32,000 nucleotides of DNA from Methanococcus maripaludis (GTDB lineage Archaea; AGJL01; Methanococci; Methanococcales; Methanococcaceae), in NCBI RefSeq assembly GCF_002945325.1, contig NZ_CP026606.1, positions 180,001-212,000 on the forward strand, in the 5' to 3' direction. The notes below the pieces were generated by a model. That model saw only the letters and a program-made list of their open reading frames with translations, did not search any database and was not told the origin of the DNA. Position numbers and translations under genes: made by a program. Below, in pieces: positions 26,788 to 32,000 of the stretch (position 1 is its first letter; each line of letters begins with the position of its first letter).

Positions 26788-27492
26788 CTAATACTCCACT
26801 ATTTCTTTATTTTTTTCGATATTTACGATATTCCCGTCTTTTAATTCTACAACCGTGTTTGCAGCTTTTGCAAGATTCATGTCGTGTGTAATCATGATGA
26901 TGGTATTTTTGTTTTTTTTCCAGAGTTTTTGAAGGATTGCAATGACTTCCTTTCCAGTTTTACTATCAAGAGCTCCTGTTGGTTCATCGGCCAAAATAAT
27001 CTCCGGCTTGCATGCAAGAGCTCTTGCGATAGAAACTCTTTGTTGCTGACCTCCAGAAAGCTGTGATGGCCTGTTATTTACTCGGTCTGACAATCCAACA
27101 AGTTTTAAAACAGCTTCGGCTCTTTTTTCGGCCTCACTATCATTAACTTCTTGAAATTGTAGTGGCAGCATTACATTTTCGAGTGCAGTCATGCTTGGAA
27201 TCAGATTATACTGTTGAAATATAAATCCAATCGATTCACCACGCAGTTTGGATAGTTTAGATTCACTGAGTTTTGAAATATCGTTTGATTTTAATATGAC
27301 CGTTCCTTTTGTTGGAATATCAAGACAACCGACCATATTCATCATTGTTGACTTTCCAGAACCTGAAGCACCGACAATTGCAACGAAATCACCTTTTTCA
27401 ATATCTAATGAAACATTTTTCAGCGCCTGAACTTCAAAGTCGCCCATTGGGTAGATTTTCCAGACGTTTTTAAGTGATATTATTGTTTCCAT
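26788..27492 (-). CDS. ABC transporter ATP-binding protein (MacB/LolD-like)
   Basis: Walker A GASGSGKST, Q-loop, signature LSGGQQQRV, Walker B ILADEPTGALD, H-loop ITHD. ATG 27492 is preferred; the track uses GTG 27501. Confidence 0.9.
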   Translation of the reverse strand: METIISLKNVWKIYPMGDFEVQALKNVSLDIEKGDFVAIVGASGSGKSTMMNMVGCLDIPTKGTVILKSNDISKLSESKLSKLRGESIGFIFQQYNLIPSMTALENVMLPLQFQEVNDSEAEKRAEAVLKLVGLSDRVNNRPSQLSGGQQQRVSIARALACKPEIILADEPTGALDSKTGKEVIAILQKLWKKNKNTIIMITHDMNLAKAANTVVELKDGNIVNIEKNKEIVEY

Positions 27493-27520
27493 GGTTTTCA
27501 CAAAAATTATTAATTAGTAA

Positions 27521-27552
27521 ACAGTACTGTGTATTAAACAGTATTATATATA
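27521..27552. promoter_or_regulatory. promoter/operator module of the ABC operon (TATA box plus ACTGT-N9-ACAGT inverted repeat)
   Basis: ACAGTACTGTGTATTAAACAGTATTATATATA closely resembles 28568-28599 upstream of padR. Confidence 0.55.
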
Positions 27553-27646
27553 ATTAACTACCGACAAAATTTAAAAAAATAAAAAAATAAAAAAGTTAAA
27601 TCACTAAAAAATAATTAAAAAAGTTTTAAGAGGTATTTTGAGTTAA

Positions 27647-28231
27647 TTATCCATTTAAAATATCTAAATTTAATTTTAAATACCAAAGTACCCCATTATG
27701 GAATAATTTTGCAAAGTATGCTGATAATATCATAGTAGCGATACCTGATGCGGCAGTTATGATTCCAACAAGTGCGTAAACAATGCCTGATGCGGGAATT
27801 ACTTCAAACTGTGGAATTAGTAGTTTTACAAATGGTTCAAAGATAAAGTAATGAGGGATTACCAATTGAAATACTGGTTCAAGAACCATCATGGAACCGG
27901 CGACTGTAACTGCAACGCTTCCTGTAAACAGGATTAATAGAAACAGCAACACGCAGGCCAGCGGCCCAATAATAAATAATATATTGAACATTACAAGTGC
28001 ACTGCATGCTACGAGTTTTTTTGAAAATACATTTTTAGGTTTTTCAAAATCAAAAGATTCTAAAACCTGTTCGGGATTGCCTAATGATTTAGATATTTCT
28101 TCCTCGCTTCTTCCTTCAAGAGCCCCATTTTCGAAATATTCATTATAATCATATAGGATGTCCTGTTTTTCCGATTCTGGAATGCTTTTTAATGTTTCAG
28201 ACAGTTTATATAAATATTCTTCTTTATTCAT
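27647..28231 (-). CDS. DUF1700-type membrane protein (PadR-associated sensor/anti-repressor-like)
   Basis: N-terminal cytoplasmic [53 protein letters not shown] followed by 3-4 TM helices. The ATG overlaps the PadR stop (ATGAATAA). Confidence 0.65.
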   Translation of the reverse strand: MNKEEYLYKLSETLKSIPESEKQDILYDYNEYFENGALEGRSEEEISKSLGNPEQVLESFDFEKPKNVFSKKLVACSALVMFNILFIIGPLACVLLFLLILFTGSVAVTVAGSMMVLEPVFQLVIPHYFIFEPFVKLLIPQFEVIPASGIVYALVGIITAASGIATMILSAYFAKLFHNGVLWYLKLNLDILNG

Positions 28232-28547
28232 CTTTAACACCGGAATTAATCAGCTCATTTACTTTTTTTGAAAATTCTATCCATTCTTCAGCCTGACTTT
28301 CTCTAACTTCCTTGCCCTTTTCAGTAAGTTTATAATATTTTCGTGGTGGCCCACTGCTCGATTCCATTAAATACGTGGTTAAAAGCCCGTCTGCCTTTAA
28401 ACGCCTTAATAATGGATATATGGTACCTTCAGATATCGAGATACTTTTTGAAATTTCATTTATTAGCTCGTACCCGTAATAATCCCGTTTATTAAGCAGG
28501 GTGAGTACACAGAGCTCTAAAACTCCTTTTTTAAATTGGACATCCAT
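28224..28547 (-). CDS. PadR family transcriptional regulator
   Basis: [28 protein letters not shown]...[16 protein letters not shown]...[15 protein letters not shown] 28547 is preferred over GTG 28556. Confidence 0.9.
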   Translation of the reverse strand: MDVQFKKGVLELCVLTLLNKRDYYGYELINEISKSISISEGTIYPLLRRLKADGLLTTYLMESSSGPPRKYYKLTEKGKEVRESQAEEWIEFSKKVNELINSGVKDE

Positions 28548-28567
28548 CGGTACCACAAAATTGTTTT

Positions 28568-28599
28568 AAGTACTGTATATTACCAGATACTATATATTA
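28568..28599. promoter_or_regulatory. padR promoter/operator module
   Basis: AAGTACTGTATATTACCAGATACTATATATTA shares AGTACTGT.TATTA....AG.A.T.ATATAT with 27521-27552. Confidence 0.5.
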
Positions 28600-28760
28600 T
28601 TATTGATAATACGGGAATTTTTTAAAAGTGTTGTTGAATTTACTTTAAAAATTGAGAAATTAATCTAAAAAAGAAGAAAGAATAAGTTATTTTACCGGAT
28701 TTTGTTGAAATATTCTAAATTATACTCCCCTCCAGAATATACACATGATTAGCTTGAACT

Positions 28761-29234
28761 ATGAATTATGTAAGAGTAGTTCTCTCTCCAAATGCTGCTT
28801 AAATATATAATAAATTAAAAGAAAGCGATGAAAAACTTGATAAATCGATACTTAACTCATTAGATCTGCAGGATAGTAAATATCCTTCAAAAATTTCCGA
28901 ATTAAAAAGATATGGTGAATGGGAAATTATACTTTGATATAAACTCCCAAACTTGGAAATTATTTGTGATAACTACGAAAAACAAGGAAATAATATTATT
29001 TTAACATGTTTTGGAGATATTAACTTTATCGATTACGATCCAAGGCCCAATGAAATTGAAAGATTTCCCATAAGACATATCCATGCGGGCATGTTAGTTT
29101 TTGAGTTTGATTCCGAAGAAGATATTTCTGAAAAATTGAAACGCATTGAAACACTATCTAATTCATCATACAATAAAATAGACGAATTTAATAAAAAATT
29201 AGGGACTTACATATTAAAAACATTTAATGAATAA
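28761..29234 (+). pseudogene. decayed ORF: one frame from ATG 28761 to 29234, interrupted by TAA (28800) and TGA (28935)
   Basis: MNYVRVVLSPNAA*IYNKLKESDEKLDKSILNSLDLQ..ELKRYGEWEIIL*YKLPNLEIICDNYEKQGNNIILTCFG... The track ORF 28953-29234 is in the same frame. The N-terminal part is loosely RelE/ParE-like. Confidence 0.3.
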
Positions 29235-29243
29235 CTAAATAAT

Positions 29244-30127
29244 TTATTTATCATATCCAATATCAACATAAGTACCCCCGTGAAGTAGTAAGTTTATAGT
29301 TTGATTTTCAAATTTAAGTCTCCCACGAGGATTTTCTTTTTCTTCAATCGCTTTTTTCAATTCCATTATTTTAATAACATCAAGTCCGCCAACATACTCC
29401 AATACACCAGATATAAAATCATTTCCTGCCACTAATGGGTTTATTACGATAAAATTGTTATAAATGAATTTTAAAATATAATAAAGGGGATCATCGTCAT
29501 TATTATCAAAAATCTTTGAATTTTTCAAAATTGAATCCGCTTCCCCAGAATATATGCAAAATTCATACATTAAATACTCCCATGCTTTTTTAGTCTTTAT
29601 TTTTTCATTGGAGATAAGCCGAATAATTTCATTTACGATTAATTCCCGCGAACCCTCATAAAATATGTCAGTTTTTGATCTAAATATAATATATGTTACC
29701 AGACCTAATTCTGTGTAATTTGACTCCAAATGTTGAAACGTACAGAATTTTAAGACCTCACCGATTACAATATCTTTGTAGTTATCCCCTGTTTTAATGT
29801 ATACTTCCCCACCAAAACGGTGTTTAATGCACACTGCAAGATAACATAATCTTTTAAATGGTTTTTATCTCGTTTCAACTTGATAATTGAATTAAAAAAG
29901 TCTTTCTTTTGAATTTCAGATAAATTCAAATCTTTAGCAATTTTTCCTGCATTCATTTTTAGACTCTGAATGTTTGAGCACTTCGCCTGATCTTTTACAA
30001 AACTGGTCTGTAAAACACTGCAATTTTTGTTACTTGTGTGAACATTGACAGCTTTGACTTCTGATTTATGATAATCCTTTTCAAAATGTTCAACAGGCTT
30101 TAAACAATACGGACAGATTTTAATCAA
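29244..30127 (-). CDS. hypothetical protein with N-terminal Cys-pair (CPYC) motif; two overlapping ORFs probably joined at an A5 run
   Basis: TTG 30127 with a GAGGTG RBS. ORFs 29765-30127 and 29244-29834 overlap by 70 nt in different frames. One extra A in GATAAAAAC (about 29862-29870) gives ..KLKRDKKPFKRLCYLAVCIKHRFGGEVYIK... No family recognised. Confidence 0.45.
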
Positions 30128-30464
30128 AATAACACCTCAAAAAGAGGGGGAAATAGGAGTATTTAAAAAAAATCGATAGAGTTATCACGGGGGCGTATCT
30201 TATTTTTCAACGATTGATAAATCTCAAAATAAGAATTAAAAAAATTTACTCTACCTGATTAAATAAAAGAGCTTATATTATTTATAATTTATTGAAATAA
30301 CTATTTAAATTCGTTTTTGAAAGAATTGAAAGCTAAATTGTTTAAAAAAATATGCTGTATGAACCGGACTAAAAAACCGATGAAAACGCACAACCGGATT
30401 ATTGAGTATATAAATAAAAAACGGAGTTACTGTTAACAATGCAAAATACCGGTTGCGGTATACT

Positions 30465-30556
30465 GTTAAATTTCAAGTCCAATAGCCTTAAAATTGAGCT
30501 ATGAGAAAAAGAGCTATACTTTACCAATTGGTCTTTTGAGATATGCTTTAAAATCG
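30465..30556. repeat. ~92-bp imperfect direct repeat, copy 2 (partner at 22136-22227)
   Basis: See copy 1. This copy lies immediately 3' of the tRNA-Ser fragment and its oligo-T tract. Confidence 0.85.
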
Positions 30557-30570
30557 TTTTAAAAAGAAAG

Positions 30571-30623
30571 CGCAGAGGGAGGGATTTGAACCCCCGCTCC
30601 CCAGTGGAGAACCGGATTTCAAG
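30571..30623 (-). tRNA. 3'-partial tRNA-Ser(UGA): anticodon loop through discriminator; the 5' half is absent (att-type remnant)
   Basis: Minus strand reads CTTGAAA (loop, anticodon TGA), TCCGG (3' anticodon stem), TTCTCCACTGGGGAGC (long variable arm, 5-bp stem), GGGGG-TTCAAAT-CCCTC (T arm), CCTCTGC-G (acceptor 3' strand plus G73), then CTTTCTTTTT. The expected 5' stem CCGGA is replaced by unrelated GACCGTATTA. Confidence 0.8.
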
Positions 30624-30787
30624 TAATACGGTCAAAAAACGAGAAAACGCAGACGTTACATCGTAATTTAACGATTTTTCTGAAAAGAAGGATTTTCCTT
30701 CGAGAAAGATGGTGAAAAGTAGTGAAGTGAAAACCGGATTTTATCCGGTGTTCAAAAACATAGTCCGGTATCCAATATCGCAAAATT

Positions 30788-31474
30788 TTAAAATTTTTTC
30801 CCATTACTTTCCAATTTAACCATATGATCATATAGTTTTTTTGGAAGTATTGTAATTACTGACTTCGATAACCTTATTTCAACTTCATCTTCCGGTAAAA
30901 CCAACAATCGTTTAAAAAATGACGATAAATTAATTTGTTTTGATTTTCCTACTTTTTTTACCGATTTATTTTTTAACATCGAGTCGGGTGTATCATCTGG
31001 GAGTTTCACGATTTGAAATCCACAGGGAAATTTACTTTCTTCATTTAAAAAAAATGGTTTTATCCACACGAAATCTCCTTCATCAATTCCAACCTTATCC
31101 AATAATGAGGAAGTAGAAAAATCAAGTGAATAACCTAACTTTTTGGAAATGATGTTTTCTTCATCCTTACTAATGGAAATTTCGCATAATTTATCTTTAA
31201 AATCAATAACCAAGTAATCCCCTTCAACCGCCCCCATATATTCCAACAATGCAGTCATGCTAATATCAAGACTTTTACCCATATTCACTTTTTTAGTAAA
31301 TGAAGGTCTTGATAAATAATAACCCCTTCCTTCTTCATCTGTTTTAAAAATATGAAATTTTCCATCATGATTTTCGGTAATCATTACTAAATCTCCTTCA
31401 TTTATGTTTAAATAATTCATTACCGACTTCATCGATGGATTAAGGGATTTTCCGAGTTTTACTGTTTTTATCAT
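30788..31474 (-). CDS. protein with four tandem AbrB/SpoVT-like (swapped-hairpin) repeats
   Basis: Four copies of K(L/V/M)GKS(L)..S(M/T)..(L)...(I/V).EGD.(V/L).I: KLGKSLNPSMKSVMNYLNINEGDLVMI, NMGKSLDISMTALLEYMGAVEGDYLVI, KLGYSLDFSTSSLLDKVGIDEGDFVWI, KVGKSKQINLSSFFKRLLVLPEDEVEI. Confidence 0.5.
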   Translation of the reverse strand: MIKTVKLGKSLNPSMKSVMNYLNINEGDLVMITENHDGKFHIFKTDEEGRGYYLSRPSFTKKVNMGKSLDISMTALLEYMGAVEGDYLVIDFKDKLCEISISKDEENIISKKLGYSLDFSTSSLLDKVGIDEGDFVWIKPFFLNEESKFPCGFQIVKLPDDTPDSMLKNKSVKKVGKSKQINLSSFFKRLLVLPEDEVEIRLSKSVITILPKKLYDHMVKLESNGKKF

Positions 31475-31519
31475 AATTTTATCTTTTTTTTTAATTAATA
31501 TATAAATATAATTGATTTT

Positions 31520-31576
31520 GATTAGATTACACGAAAAACTTATATATAATTATGACTATGATTAATTTACACGAAA
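31520..31576. promoter_or_regulatory. two 17-bp direct repeats (GATTAGATTACACGAAA / GATTAATTTACACGAAA) flanking a TATA box in the divergent AbrB-like/integrase intergenic region
   Basis: Repeats at 31520-31536 and 31560-31576, 15/17 identical, 40 bp apart, with TATATATA at 31541-31548 between them. Confidence 0.5.
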
Positions 31577-31604
31577 TTAGAAAAAACAATTGGAGTTGAT
31601 TATT

Positions 31605-32000
31605 ATGGACGATTTTGATCTCGATGAACTGAACAACTTAAAGGACTCGAAAAAATTAAAAAAAGTAAACAATGAAGAAGATTTTAAAAAACAAATGGAT
31701 TTTTATAAAAATGAACGGATAAGAATGGGTATTAAGGAATATACAATCAAACAAGACTGTTACCGAGTTAATTTTTTCTTCAAATGGTTAAAAGAAATGG
31801 GTTTTACTCAAAATAACCTTAACATAACGACTTTTGAATTATTTTTCGATTATATGAGGAAGAAAAGAAAAATCTCAAACAATACACAAAATAAAATCAT
31901 GATTTCCTTAAAAAAATATTTCGAAATAATTAACAATCCTTGTATGGACGAGTTTTTGAAAAAATATGAGAGGTCATTTTACAAAGCTGTTGAGAAAAAA
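31605..32000 (+). CDS. tyrosine recombinase/integrase, N-terminal SAM-like domain (partial, runs off the window)
   Basis: ATG 31605 after a TGGAG RBS. Open for 132 codons to the window end, and absent from the track because it has no stop. ..YTIKQDCYRVNFFFKWLKEMGF..NITTFELFFDYMRKKRKISNNTQNKIMISLKKYF.. fits the N-terminal core-binding domain pattern. The catalytic domain is not in the window. Confidence 0.55.
   Translation, partial: MDDFDLDELNNLKDSKKLKKVNNEEDFKKQMDFYKNERIRMGIKEYTIKQDCYRVNFFFKWLKEMGFTQNNLNITTFELFFDYMRKKRKISNNTQNKIMISLKKYFEIINNPCMDEFLKKYERSFYKAVEKK

Larger units (their letters stand above)
30624..32000. mobile_element. proximal end of an integrated element targeting tRNA-Ser; extends beyond the window
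   Basis: tRNA similarity breaks at 30623/30624. An AbrB-like regulator gene and a tyrosine-integrase N-terminus follow within 1 kb. Confidence 0.5.

Noticed and set aside
28935-28937. In-frame TGA as selenocysteine
   Set aside because: The same frame also carries a TAA stop at 28800, no SECIS-like structure is evident downstream, and the context is a decayed island ORF.
30465-30623. Idea of a permuted or split tRNA (3' half followed by a tRNA-5'-half-like TAGCTCAATTTTAAGGC..GGACTTGAAAT segment in the repeat)
   Set aside because: The putative 5' half has no acceptor strand complementary to CCTCTGC, and its D and anticodon stems are only wobble-paired. A decayed att or tRNA remnant is the simpler reading.
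30399-30831. 78-aa and 70-aa minus-strand ORFs
   Set aside because: They read straight through the tRNA-Ser fragment, its terminator and the direct repeat, so they are almost certainly non-coding.
1-32000. CRISPR arrays, rRNA genes, intact tRNAs
   Set aside because: No regularly spaced short repeats and no GC-rich structured RNA-like islands were seen, apart from the tRNA-Ser fragment at 30571-30623.

Overview
AT-rich window with archaeal features: TATA box plus operator promoter layout, GGTGA-like ribosome-binding sites, a tRNA fragment with no encoded CCA, and Isf/LarB/COG1361-type genes. A Methanococcus-like methanogen fits best, but that is inference only. The window has three parts. (1) nt 1-14.4k holds a VUT/YhhQ-type queuosine-precursor transporter, then about 12 co-directional minus-strand genes. 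These are mostly redox or electrophile-handling enzymes: LarB, a LarC truncated after its N-terminal half, two Fe-S aldo/keto reductases, a CMD-family protein, a flavodoxin, two Isf-type flavoproteins, a cyclophilin-like protein and an Fe-alcohol dehydrogenase. A TetR repressor sits in the block, and a 14-bp palindrome (TGACT-N4-AGTCA) recurs five times at promoters there. codB follows. (2) nt 14.9-18.2k encodes a 1112-aa secreted beta-helix repeat surface protein. (3) nt 18.2-32k looks accessory. It starts with a 1.1-kb ORF-free gap. Next comes a minus-strand module: a PIN-GNAT-ASCH fusion, an overlapping small ASCH gene and a cytosolic trypsin-like protease, with a divergent stand-alone WYL-like gene. 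An 8.3-kb segment follows, bounded by ~92-bp imperfect direct repeats, carrying a PadR/DUF1700-controlled MacB-type ABC, COG1361 and DUF4013 envelope operon. After that lies a 53-nt 3' fragment of tRNA-Ser(UGA), an att-type remnant, and then the start of an integrated element with a four-repeat AbrB-like protein and a tyrosine integrase that runs off the window. The best candidate for an undescribed system is the PIN-GNAT-ASCH / ASCH / protease / WYL module at 19.3-22.5 kb. Four reading-frame breaks (flavodoxin, ADH, ASCH, Zn-ribbon gene) all sit at A/T homopolymers. They may therefore be sequencing artefacts rather than true pseudogenes. No CRISPR array, rRNA or intact tRNA was found. All family assignments come from motif recognition by eye; no database search was run.
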